Shown: piece by piece, positions 37,620 to 49,984 of the stretch | Position numbering within the stretch: position 1 is the stretch's first letter | Layout of the letters: the number at the start of each line of letters is the position of its first letter | From: Macrostomum lignano | Lineage: Eukaryota | Reading direction: 5' to 3' | Assembly: GCA_002269645.1 (NCBI GenBank) | Contig: NIVC01002670.1 | Span: 1-64,000, forward strand | Length of the DNA: 64,000 nucleotides | Program-made: the position numbers and the translations under genes | Notes under the pieces: generated by a model | The model's input: the letters and a program-made list of their open reading frames with translations, nothing else | Database searches by the model: none | Told to the model about the DNA's origin: nothing

Positions 37620-40230
37620 CACTAATTATTGCACTTGATAAGCCAGGATTATTGGACCTAATAAACCAAGGATTATTGCACTTGATAAGCCAAAGATTAC
37701 TGCACTTGATAAAGAAAGGATTATACCAAGGATTATTACACTTGATAAGCCAAGGAGTATTATACTAGCTTAGAAAGGGGCTTATGGCACTAGCTGAGAA
37801 AATGAATATTGCACTAGCTAAGAAGCAGACTATTATACTGGCTGAAAAAGCTAAAAAAAGAGAGCTGAGACATGGATTATTGTACAACTTAAGAAAGCAA
37901 TTATTGTATTAGCTTTACTAACTTTAGCTTAGTAACTCATGCTAACTTTATGAAGTATAATAAATATCAACTAAGGACTAATCAAATATTATAATCAAAT
38001 TATAAATACTAATATTACTAGGGCCTAATATATCTTTTTGATTCAAAATATTTTGTTTTATATACTTTTTGTTAAAGCTACAGCTACAGCTATGGGAATA
38101 TGGTAACATTGGGGTCCCTCTGGCTATAGAATATGGAGAATTGGGATAAGCCATAGTTTTGCTTACGGCTATGGCTACAGTACATGGACCCTCCTTATGG
38201 CGGAACACTAGCAATAATCCTTGGTTTATTAAGTGCAATAATCCTTGGCTTACCAAGTGCAATAATCCTTGGTTTATCAAATGCAATAATCCTTAACTTA
38301 TCAAGTGCAATAATCCAAGTCTTTTTATTTAGTCCTTTAATAAAAGCTTTCAATAAAAAAATTTACACTATCAAGATTTGAACTCAGGTTGCTGCATTAG
38401 TAGTCTTGTCTGTTCACATCTAGGCTAGCTCTTATTGAATTTATAAATGAATTTCTAGCATTTATAATTCAACACTCACTAAGTCAGTTATGCCACAATA
38501 AATTTCTTAGGCAAGTCAGTACTAGTCTCTATTAAAGTTAATAATATAGTTACGCAATATAAATCAAGTATTGTACTATGTTTCCACATTGTATTTTCAA
38601 CAATAATGCAATTCAATTCAGTGTCAAAATTCAGCCAGTACATAGACTGGATAAATAAAAAGCTTGGTATAATGCACTTTATTTTAAAATTAGAATTCAG
38701 TCAATTAGTTTTTTTCTTAAGCATTCTTACAATGCATTTTAAGTCAAAAGAGCTGCTTGACTTTGCAAAAAGCATGTTTTTTTAATATTTAATCCCTTTA
38801 ACACTGAGCAATTTCTTAGCCACAATGCATGTACTGTTATAGGAAAACTTATTAGTGATAGATTCAAATGTTTTTAATGTTTTTAAATTTTTTAAAGTCT
38901 AAATGTTGTGGATTTGGAAATTTTATTTTCCGAATTTCTGAATATGCTTCCAAATATGAAAAAATAAAAAACAAGTGTTTTTAAGTAAAGTTACTTAACT
39001 TTGGAACCTTTGAGGCATTTAACCTAAAGTTGTAAAGACATTTTTAGGTAATCATTGTTTAAGTGTAATCATTATTTTGTTTTTTTTCAAAATGCAAATG
39101 CAACGGACTTAAATGTGCATTATACATGGTAAAGTTATTAAATTGCACAAATTTAATGTTAGTTAGTAATAGTAATTGTAATTAGTTTAATAGTTTAGTT
39201 TAATTAGTAATGAGATATATAAGAATTAAATTCAATTCTAAGTTCAATTCAGATACTAGATAGATATAATATAAGCCCGAGATAGATTGAATCTTGTCAG
39301 TAAATTAATGTATAGCACTAATGCAATTACTAATTAGATGATAAGGCATTTTTGTCACTAAAGGTGTCATAGTTACTCCTGCCATTTACCTTTTTTGCAT
39401 TCAGAAACACATTTGGATATTCAGATTCAAATTTGGAACTTTTTGTACATTTGGATTGTGTTTTGGAAACTTGCAAAAATCTACATTTGGTTCATCACTA
39501 AAACTTATGATTCAACAGTGCAAGTATATAGAAAATTGGTTGAGCCATTTTTTCTCTAATTAATAACATAGATAAATAGATACAGAAGATACAGACAGAT
39601 CGTTTTAGGTATATGGAAAAGATTATATTATACACAGGTCTATGTTACAATTAATAAATTGATTTTAAAAGCTACAAAGAAAGGGAAACTGAAAAGAGAG
39701 AAGGAAGTATAAATCACTTGATTTGCATTATAAGCCTAATGCACTATTGCTAAAAACCTAGATGGCCTCTTCTGATATATTTAAAAAATTCATTTATAAA
39801 AAATTCATATATATTTTATATATTCTAATTTTTTATTAAATATTTCCAATATTGAAAGACAAAAAAATAAATACAAACTTGCTTTATTGCTTTCTTCTAA
39901 TGACTAAAATATGCTATTTTGTAAGCTGCAAAAATGTTATTCCAAAGGCTAAGGAAAGGATTATTGCATTGGTTTAGAAAGGGATTATTGTATTAGCTAA
40001 AATAGGAATAATCACACTAGCTAAGAACATGATTTTTGCATTGTATAAAAAAGGATCATTGCACTTGCACTAATTTAAAAAGGGATTATTATTGCACTTT
40101 AGAAGAAAAAGGAATTATTGCACTTGATAAAAAAGGAGTATTGCACTAACTATTAAATGGATTATAGTACTAGCTAAAAAGCAAGACTATTTCACTAGCT
40201 AAGAGCATGATTATTGCATTAACTGAAGAA
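37620..40230. repeat. Three decayed blocks of a ~24-bp repeat (GGATTATTGCACTTGATAAGCCAA): 37620-37800 (+), 38205-38312 (-), 39950-40230 (+)
   Basis: Direct reading; heavily degenerate. Confidence 0.75.
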
Positions 40231-41814
40231 AATTTTGTATTAGCTTACTTGCTATCTAGGGGATGCTTGCTATTTGGAAGGTTCTTGCTATCTAGGGGGA
40301 GGGGGGGTGCTTGCTTTTTGGAGGAGGGGGTTCTTGCTATCTAGAGATTCTTGCTTTTTTGTCTATGACAAAAAGACTAAAAGAAATTGAAAGCATAAAA
40401 GCTTCTAAACTTCTGCTACACTTGACTATTTCTTATAAAGGCCTTTTTTGCTGTGTATGTGTAAAATTGCCTAAAATAATTTTGTGGTTTTGAGCTATGA
40501 GTACATAGTATTGTTGGTTAAGTTGCCTTTAACCAAAAAATTCATTGAGTTTTTAGAAAGTGGGAATTAACAAACTAATACATTGCTATACAAAGTGCAT
40601 TTAGTTAAAGAGCAGTTGAGCAGACTGAAATTGCTAAAAATGGACAAGGATGCAGATTATTGACTTGATAAACACATTTAAACTTGGCTAATTTTGCTAT
40701 TGAGGTGGGAACTATAAACTAATGACTTTATAAGAAAAAGGGTGGTATGAGGGTTGTTGCTTATTGATGTTACATACATTGTTAAGCTTATAGAGGAATT
40801 ATAAATCTTAAGGCTCATTGTGCAAAATCCTTTTAGACAAGAGAAGAGAACTTAAAGTTAGCTTTAGTCCATAGTTACCATTGTATATGGTGTTGGCATT
40901 TTGGTTCTTTGTGTTTTTCAAATCTGAAGATTTGCTCTGCCTTTTTTTCTTTGTCTGTCTCTCCTTTCTCTATTCCTCTCTAATAATCATTTTCCCAATC
41001 AAATTTAGGAAAGTCAAAACTGAAATCAAAATTCAGTCCACCTGTTAGACCATTTTTTCAAACAATGGGACAAACAGATAAGCAGTTATGTGCAATCTCA
41101 TGATAGACTTCAATGATTTTTAATGCAATTTCCATTGCATCTATGGTGTATGGTATCAAACCATTGATTAGACCAACTTTGCCATGAGATCATAACCTTT
41201 TATCTGTTTGACTAATTGATTATTGTTCTAATATTTTATGATGTTAATATGAACATACATGTACTTAATGTATCTATAATTTTAGCTGGCTCGAGCATCC
41301 CTTTAAAAAACGATAACCTTAATCCAGAAACTTTAGAGGCAACCCTCATATTTTATGAATGAAAACCTATATATGGTTTCTTTAAATTGACAATTATTTT
41401 GTACATTCACTTTTGGCATCTGTTTATATGGACTAACTATTCTTTAGTGTCAATAAGAGTTGGGTTAGATTTTCTATTTTTAACAATCATATATAAATGT
41501 AATTACTTAACATTAGTTCGAGGCTCTCAGTAGATAATAAAAATCAGTTTATTTCTGTGGAAACAAAAAAGTTATAAGACTTTAGCATATTTATCTTAGT
41601 TATAGTTAAAATGAACACACAGACAAAGAACCCTTGATAGGATTCATCACCTTGCCCTTTATAAATTTATTAATGTTTCTTATGGTAGCGAGAAACAGTC
41701 AGTCTTGTATATTTCTATTAGGCTGCACAGTTTCAGTGTACATTTGTTAGAAATAGAAACACCGCACAAATATTTGCTATTGACTAAATTGCACACAAAC
41801 ATTGGACTCCCTTC

Positions 41815-43856
41815 ATGCAGCAGCAGCGGCAGGCTAGCAGCAGCATGATGAGTCAGAAGCAGCCGCAGCTGCAGCAGGCGCTGACGCCTAGCCGGTCCTA
41901 TCTAATGGCCGGCAGCGCGTCGCCTGCACCGCCGCAGTCGCCAGCGTCGCTCAATACGCCGCTGAGCAAATCCGGCAGCGGCGAAGGTGGTCGAAGCGGC
42001 GGCGGCGGCAAGTCGGAGACAAAAGTGCCAAAGCCGCCGAAGCCGCCAGAGAAGCCGCTGGTGCCCTACATGCGCTACAGTAGACGTGTCTGGGAGCGAG
42101 TTAAGCTGGATAATCCAAACCTCAAGCTGTGGGAGGTTGGCAAAATTATTGGCCAAATGTGGCGTGAACTTGGCGACGATGAGAAGCAGGAATTTGTAGA
42201 GGAATACGAGGCCGACAAGGCCCAGTATAGCGAGGTGCTCCGCCAGTACCACAACTCGCCGCAGTACCTGGCCTGGCTAGCCGTCAAAGAGCGGGCCGAG
42301 CGCCTTGCCGAGGAGGATGCGGCCAATGCCGCCTCGGCCAACGCAACGGCAGCCGCCGCCATAGCCGCAAAGCGCGAGGGCCGAGGGCACCACCATCATA
42401 ACTCTATGGACCATAATCAGCTCGGCGACCATCCCGACGCCGACGGTGGCCACCGCTCCGGTGACCCCGGCTGGGCACTCGGCGTCAACGGCTTTCTATG
42501 GGACGACGAACTGGACGAGGCCTGGTCGATTCGGCACGCCGCCACGGTGCGCTATCGTAGGAATCACCGCCTACTGCTTGACGTGCTGTCCGAAGCTCGC
42601 GTCCCAGACGGCCGTCAACTGGTGCCGCCAGCCCGGGTTCACAGTCTCAGACGGCAGTGCGAGTCGCTTGAGGCGCACAATTCCCGATTGTCCACCGAGC
42701 TTGCCGCTTTAGAGACTCAACACGGCGAGCGTCGGGCCCAGATGCAACGCTGGACTGAGAGATTTCGCCAGGCTATGCGAGACTCTTTGGAGGCAAAGCC
42801 TAAGCCTGACTTTGCCAAGCTGCTCGCTCGAGCTCAGGAAGACGCTGCGGCTGGTCGGCTTGGCAACGAGGATGCGAGATTAGCGCCGCTTCAGCCCATC
42901 GCTACCACGAGTGTTTCCCCACCACCGCCGCCGCCGCAGCAGCAGCAGCAGCAGCAGCAGCCTCTAGCGCCGCCGTTACCGTCGTCGCCCCAGCAGCAGC
43001 AGCAGCCAATGATGCAGGATTCGCGCCAATCGGCTCCTGTTCCAGCTCCTCACCAGCCTCATCATCTTCAACAGCAGCAACAGTTGCTTCCTCCGCCGCC
43101 CCCGCCGCCCCCGCCGCCCCGCCGCCTCCACCCGTTTCGGAGTCTTCGAAGCCGCCTGCTAAACGGCGAAAAAAGAAAAAGAAAAAGGAACCAACTCCGC
43201 CGCCGCTTGCGCAAGCGGCTTCTCAGCAGCAGCAGCAGCCAGCCCCAAATTCGTCTCTTGGGCCTCCGCCTGCAAAGTCGCCGTCAGCCAAGTCGCATCA
43301 CGGCACTCCTAAACAGCAGCAGCAGCAGCATCATCAGCCAGATCATCCAGCCTCCGATTCGATCCCGCCACCTTCTGGCTACCCTCCTCCGCAGCACCCA
43401 ATGACCTCCCAGCCACCACCTGGCCATTTCGGTCCGCCGCCGCCCTCGCCCTCGTCGCACGCTGGCGGACCGCCGCCGCCCCCGCCGCCGACTCACTTTG
43501 GCGGCCAACCGCGCGGCGGCTACGGGGCGCCACCAGGCGGCGGAGGCTATGGCGGCCCGCCTTACATGGCCCCGCCCGGCCCAGCCTATTACCAGCAGCC
43601 GCAGCAGCCCTATGGATACGATCCCTCTGCTGGTTATCTGTCCATGCCTCCGCCGCCTCCGCCACCGCCTCCACACGGGGCTTATCAGCATCATCAGCAG
43701 ATGCACATGCAGCACCAGCAGCAGCCACCGCCGCCGCCGCAGCAACAGCCGCCTCAGCAGCAGGCGCCTCCACAGGCGGGCGGACAACCCTACGTTGGTG
43801 GGCCTCCTGGCGTGATGATGCATCATCACCACACACCGTTTCCTCACAACTGCTGA
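41815..43856 (+). CDS. SMARCE1: SWI/SNF (BAF) subunit SMARCE1/BAF57, intronless, apparent 1-nt deletion at 43117-43120; ~680 aa corrected
   Basis: HMG box VPKPPKPPEKPLVPYMRYSRRVWERVK...LWEVGKIIGQMWREL; NHRLI-type motif RYRRNHRLLLDVLSE; coiled coil. After the poly-Pro the -1 frame is open to TGA 43856. Start may be ATG 41845 if cttcatgcag is an acceptor. Confidence 0.93.
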
Positions 43857-44139
43857 TGTAAATTGCTATTTTTACTAAATTATTATTAATATTATTATTA
43901 ATTCATCTTTTTGATATGATTTTATTATACGCCTTGTAACAATTTTTGCCCTATTTTTTTAATTTGTGTCACCCGTCTACCGTGTTGTGTGGTTTTTATT
44001 CTTCCATATAGGAAAGCCATATTTGTGTGTACAAATCTATGCTCAATGATCTACAGAACCGCAGTACCATCCTAAACAGTTAGTGTTGTCTTTTTTATCA
44101 CTGTCTGCTTTGCCCTCATGTAGATCATATGCAATTAAT

Positions 44140-44555
44140 TCCCCACTTGGGCCCGGGCTGTAGACTACAGAAACATATTTATTCCCTTATTAGGCCCGGC
44201 CATAGACTACAGAAACGAATTTAGTCCCCACTTGGGCCAGGCCATAGACTACAGAAACATATTTATTCCCTTATTAGGCCCGGCCATAGACTACAGAAAC
44301 GAATTTAGTCCCCACTTGGGCCAGGCCATAGACTACAGAAACGTATTTATTCCCCACTTGGGCCAGGCCATAGACTACAGAAACGAATTTAGTCCCCACT
44401 TGGGCCAGGCCATAGACTACAGAAACGTATTTATTCCCCACTTGGGCCAGGCCATAGACTACAGAAACGTATTTATTCCCCACTTAAGCGGGGTCATATA
44501 GTACAGAAACGAATTTATTCCCCCACTTGGGCCCGGCCATAGACTACAGTAACGT
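44140..44555. repeat. 42-bp minisatellite CCCCACTTGGGCCAGGCCATAGACTACAGAAACGTATTTATT
   Basis: Direct reading; 14-aa period in spurious ORFs. Confidence 0.96.
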
Positions 44556-45958
44556 GTTTATTGGCCTTTTGTTCATCTAAGTGTGGAATAAATATCCATA
44601 CGCGTGGCCGAAGCCGTTCGCGGCCACAAATTAAGCAAGCGGGGGAATAACTTGTACTTATTGGCGTTATATAGCTCATGCTACATAGGAAATCAATGTT
44701 TTACACATTTTTGCGTGTGTATATATAATTACTAGGTATTAAAGTTCCTGGTGAATAGATTAAAATAACTGGCGTCAGCTTTTTTAAAGATCAGTTTTAT
44801 TTACCTTTCTGTGTACATGTTGTTGTTAAGCCTGGAATAAATTAAACTAGTGCTGGGTACTGTTTTTAGTCTGTGTTGTTTGCCGGAATAAATTCTCTGC
44901 AAATTGGCAACGTAATAATAATAATAAATTCAAATAATGCAGTTTAATTGCGTGTTTGTTTTGTTAATAAATTAGAAAATGCAGCTCAGTTAAATGCTGT
45001 CCCTGTCTGCAATTATTATATATTATATATTAATTATAATGTCATTTGTCATTTCTACTTCCATTGCTCTTGTAGTTTTCTATATTGATAATGTTTTAAC
45101 TTTTTGCCCCGCCGGCAACCTGTAAGCCTGATTTGCTTAATCTCAAATATAGTTATTTATTTAATCTCCCCTTATTTTTGTTGTTTTTGCACGCTGAATT
45201 TAGGAAATAATTTTTTTCTTTTTTGATACGGTTTACTAATGATTGTTGTATGCGCTTGCTTGCAACTTGGTTATTAATTTTTATAATTCTGTTTGCATAT
45301 TTTATGTCGCACAGCGCAATGACTACTGTACAGATTTCAGCACGCGTATATATTATATATAGTTATAATCTCGCTCTATTTATACGTTTTTGTCATTTTT
45401 TAATCCGAACCAACTCTCTCTGAACAGCTGACATTTTAGTATTACTTATTAATACTACAATATATACGCTACTGACGATGAACTCTGGCAACTTTTCTAT
45501 CGTCACGAGCCTTCTACTTCTGAAAGTAGAAGTAGTTAGTTATTATATCTCTAGTAGCATATCCGATGACCAGTCTGTCTATATTTTTGTGCCCCATCTG
45601 CAACACGATTCTATCATAATAAAGTCACTCTTGCTTATTAAAAGTCAAAAACATTCATTTAAAACCTTTAATTACTAATCATTTCCTCTGCTAAGCGTTA
45701 TTATAAAACAAACTGATTGTGAAGTATGTAAAGGATGTCTATTAGGCTACACATGAGTTTTAATCGATAGTAGAGCTAATCAAGATGGTAACTTATTAGT
45801 CAACGATAAACATTTACAGGGCAGTGCGCAGTACTATATGTTTTTGCGTATTTATGATTCAGCTTGGCATGATATTTAATTTGGCTATGGTAACTAATGA
45901 CGCAGCTCAACTGTAGGTACGCAGAAATGATAAGCATGTAAATCTATATTAAGGTAAT

Positions 45959-47998
45959 TCACACAGTGGCCTCGAGCAGGTCAATACCAGGCATTGACAA
46001 CGCCAGGTCTCCATTCTCTTGCTTCTTCGTATTCAAGACTGGCGGCTCGCTACTGGCGATGAGGCCCAGATTCATACTACTGCTGGTCACCAGCTGGGTG
46101 CCCTCGACCAGCAGGAAGCTGGCGTGCAGGTTCTGCACACTTCGCATGGTCTCCTGCAGCTCACTCTTGTTGGCCTCCTGGCGCTGGCTGAACCGCGGCA
46201 GGAGCAGGATGCTGAAGATGACGGAGCTCAGAGCGAAGAGGCCGCCGCCCACAGCGAACGGGAGCAGGTACTTGGTGCTTGGGCTGTACAGGGAGGCTGC
46301 GAGCGGTGACCCTACGCAGGTACTGATTCCCCTGGCCAGAGTGATGAGGCCAAAAGCGCTGGTTAGGTTGTCTAGGCCAACTAGGCGGCACAGAATCTCC
46401 GAGGTGAGGGTGATGAAGGGGGCCAGAGTGACGCCGAGCGCCGTGTAGGTGGCGATCAGCATCGGGAAGCTGGTTGAGTAGTTGAGCACCAGCACCAGGA
46501 CTGCGCTGAAGAACAGCGAGACATTGTTAACGAGCAGGGGCGACACCTTCGGGTTGCCGGCGGCCCATCCGACCAGAATGCGGCTGAGGGTGTTGGCGCT
46601 GCCGAAGGCTGTATTCAGGTACTTGGACTCGCCGTCAGAGACTCCAGCCTCGCGGGCAAAGTCGTTTACAAAAAATAGGGGAATGTAGAAAGCGAGCATT
46701 GTGGCTAGATTGCTCAGCCACACTATTAGATAGCTGGTGTCCTTCATCAGTGACACGTCAGTCATCATGAGAAACGCGTCACAAATCGGCTTGGGCAGGC
46801 ATCTGCCTTCCTCGGCGCTTTCGGTATCCGCTTCTTTTCCTGATTCAGCTGTGTTGTTTATTAACCTGGGATAAGCAGGCTCTCCTGGTATTCGCGTCAT
46901 GGACAGGAACAGCTGACTTGGTGTCAGTGTAGATTTGGTTCTTATTCTGTTGCTCGCCAGACTCGCCACAGAGCCGGCATAGAAGATATCCTTGCGGTAC
47001 AGAGGCCGCTTCAAGTCACCCATGGCCGCCGTTGCTATGGGGTCGTCACACACCGCCTTGACGTCAAATTGGCGCGCCCGAACAGCCTTGGCGACTTTGC
47101 AGCGGTTGCTGGCGGAGCCCGCAGGGATTTTCGTCCGGTGGTCGACGAGCGCAGGCAGGGATCGCAGCACGGCTCCCACGCTTCCGCCCTCGGTGCTGGT
47201 ACTCATCTTCCTGACGCTCATAGTTGAGGCAACCAGCTCTCGGCATGCAGCCGCCTCGTCTGTGTCGTCAGGCCTGCGGCCACGCTCCACACGTGACGTG
47301 CGGCGGCGTCTCTGCTGCACCGGCTCCGGCTCGTTCGGCTTCATCAGGGCGCCGAACACGGCAGAGTTAAACACGATTCCTCCCAGAATGAGCAGGCAAT
47401 TCCTCCAGCCGAACTCCTCAGTCAGAGCTCTGGTCAGTGGCCCCATCACCATGGTGCCAATCCCCGTGCCGCAGACGGCCAGCCCCATGGCCAAAGCTCG
47501 ATATTCCTCGAAGTAAAAATTGACGCAAACCATCGAGGGCAGGTAGATCAGTCCGAATCCGATGCCCCCGAGAACGCCGTAGGTGAATGTGAGTATGGTG
47601 AGGCTGGGAGCGAAGCTGCTGATCACGAAGGCAGCGGTTGCTAGCACTGCGCCCGCTATGCAGACTGGACGGCAGCCAAACTTGTTCACCAGAGCTCCAG
47701 CTATTGGACCAGTTAGTAAAAAGACGCCGCATAGAAGCGATCCGATAAGCGTTACAGAAGCCTTATCAGCGTTAAAATACTCGCAGAAATCGCCCAGCAG
47801 ATAGCCGAATGAGTTTGCGATGCCGTCCACAATTACACTGTTCATCATGCAGGCGAAAGTCACAACCCAGCCGTAGCCTCTGTCTAGCGGCAGGGGCAGC
47901 ACGTCCTCGGTATTCACCGTCACAACTTTGAGTGCAGCGGCCTGATCATCCGTTACCAGTTCTGTTGCTTCATCAGCAGCCTTCTCCGTGGATTCCAT
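45959..47998 (-). CDS. SLC16A: Monocarboxylate transporter family (SLC16/MCT, MFS), intronless, 679 aa
   Basis: PLDRGYGWVV (cf. PDGGWGWVV), VNKFGCRPV, YFEEYRALAMGLAVCGTGIG, long central loop with RKDIFYAGS, 6+6 hydrophobic segments. Confidence 0.95.
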   Translation of the reverse strand: MESTEKAADEATELVTDDQAAALKVVTVNTEDVLPLPLDRGYGWVVTFACMMNSVIVDGIANSFGYLLGDFCEYFNADKASVTLIGSLLCGVFLLTGPIAGALVNKFGCRPVCIAGAVLATAAFVISSFAPSLTILTFTYGVLGGIGFGLIYLPSMVCVNFYFEEYRALAMGLAVCGTGIGTMVMGPLTRALTEEFGWRNCLLILGGIVFNSAVFGALMKPNEPEPVQQRRRRTSRVERGRRPDDTDEAAACRELVASTMSVRKMSTSTEGGSVGAVLRSLPALVDHRTKIPAGSASNRCKVAKAVRARQFDVKAVCDDPIATAAMGDLKRPLYRKDIFYAGSVASLASNRIRTKSTLTPSQLFLSMTRIPGEPAYPRLINNTAESGKEADTESAEEGRCLPKPICDAFLMMTDVSLMKDTSYLIVWLSNLATMLAFYIPLFFVNDFAREAGVSDGESKYLNTAFGSANTLSRILVGWAAGNPKVSPLLVNNVSLFFSAVLVLVLNYSTSFPMLIATYTALGVTLAPFITLTSEILCRLVGLDNLTSAFGLITLARGISTCVGSPLAASLYSPSTKYLLPFAVGGGLFALSSVIFSILLLPRFSQRQEANKSELQETMRSVQNLHASFLLVEGTQLVTSSSMNLGLIASSEPPVLNTKKQENGDLALSMPGIDLLEATV

Positions 47999-49984
47999 AT
48001 CTTTTAATTGGCTTAGATTTGCACACGCTTTTTTAACACCTTTCTGCTCCGAAAATTATCTACAGAGCTCTCACAACCCGTTATTTATACAAGTGACTTT
48101 CTGCTTGACTGGAGTGGCAGCCGCTTCTAAACCAGATAACGAGACACACCTTCCTGCTCAAGCAGAGTCGCTCTGTTGTACTGGCTGTGTTGCTTTTGCT
48201 TTTTGACCATTTTCCAGCTAGGGTAGTTTGCGTTTGAAGAAACGCCATCCGGCTTTTTTCGGCTGTCTAAAGTCGAGTGGTTGACTAGATCAGTGAGCAC
48301 TATGGCTTTTAATTCTGTCAATTAAAACTATTGGCACGCCAGTTCAGGTCTTTACGAGCTTAACGAGTACGATCGACTTTTCCACCAAGTGTCCAAGTCA
48401 GCAGCATTCAAGACTGTTAAACGATCCCTCCAGAAAGGTTTGTCCACACCGAATCCGATGGACTGTCTAAAGAACCATTTGAATGAATAGTTTTAGAATG
48501 TGGACTGAATCAAACCGAGAAGCGGTGTTAATCCTTTTAACATTCGCTATTACGAAGTATATGAAATGAAATCCTACACCCAGAAAGTCATGTTATTTAA
48601 TGGCTTAATTGATGGCGGTGTAAAGGTGCGTTTAAAATATTGAAATTCGATCGTCTTCCAGATACTTAATCTAGAACTCCGCGACCAGGCATTAGCAGAC
48701 ATTGGCCAATCAATAGAGGACAATTGTACAGGTCAGATAAGGAGTTCCTGCTAACTGCTTTGCCCCGCGCTGTCACACCAACAAGTGACAAGTGTAACTG
48801 AAGTGTGCTCTCCAGCTTGGCAATTGTCTGACCAAAATTTAATTGGCATTTAAGAACCTGTTTAAACTGGTTTTTTGGCGGCTCCACTTATACACACGCT
48901 TTCTGTTCGCACTAATGTTGAACAATTTATGAGCCATATGAATCGCACGCTCAGGTATAAATTATCTCTCTCGTGTAACCAGAGCAATAAACAATTTATC
49001 TATTATTTAGAATCTCGTAACTGGCGGAACGACTTAAAAATCTTGCAACGGTTTCTTTAAGAGTAAAGCTGATAAATTCCGCACTCGTGTAGATAAATTA
49101 TTTGACTCATCTTGCTTCAAGGCAGTGAGTGCACTTCGGACCGCGTGTTAAATAAGAAAATTTACCGACTGTGCTGCAGTCTTGAATTAGTCAGTCATTC
49201 ACAAAAGGTACAAGTATGAAGCATATATTCGATGCCAAATCGGACATTAGAAGCACTAGAAAATACTTTAGTTAGTCAGGACAAAAAGGGTCACAAAAAG
49301 CACAGTTCTGTACACAGGAATGATGCCGCCCAATGGTTAAATTGGTTAAAGCGAAACCAATGGGGCGAAAAACATACTCGTGATTCAGTAAAAACATGGA
49401 GCACTAAAGTATAGAAGCAAAACAATGGAATAATGGAATGGTTGGTTAAAAATTAACGAAGAGACAGTAAAACAAAAAATCAATAAGTAAGTAAAGAAGC
49501 ACCTAGAAGGTCCGGACAGAGTATGTGCGCTAAGCAAACGCAAAATGATGTATAACAGCAACATGGCTTGCACAATATCAATTGAGTTAAGCAGAAAGCA
49601 TAAAATCGGCACAAATTCCGCAATCAAATCGCTGTGTGTTTTAGTCGGTAGAAATTCATTCGAGCAAGGCACAAAGTCACAGTGATAAAATAGATTGTGC
49701 GGGAAGGCGAAAAGCGGAAGCGGAAGCGAAACAAATAAAAGGTTTATTCAATCTTGCATTAATCTTTTTTACGGTTCATCGAATTTTAAGGAGATTGGAA
49801 GCTAAAGCTCCTTTTTGGTGACCATCAGAACATATAACAGACGCATAACACTGTACTGTATATGTGTAACACTGACATTGTTAGTTTGATTGCTAGTATA
49901 TTAAAGTAACCGCGTATTGCGACATAAGAGCTTATGAGCGTAAAATACTTTTTTATTAGCTAGATTAGCATTCCGCTGCACTCC

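Noticed and set aside
38355-38430. tRNA-like sequence on the minus strand (A-box-like TAGCCTAGATG, B-box-like GAGTTCAAATC)
   Set aside because: No complete cloverleaf; at best a decayed SINE head, not a tRNA gene.
41902-47804. Antisense and alternate-frame ORFs over SMARCE1 and MCT (also over POU6, SLC6-like and plexin exons)
   Set aside because: Expected shadows of GC-rich coding sequence.
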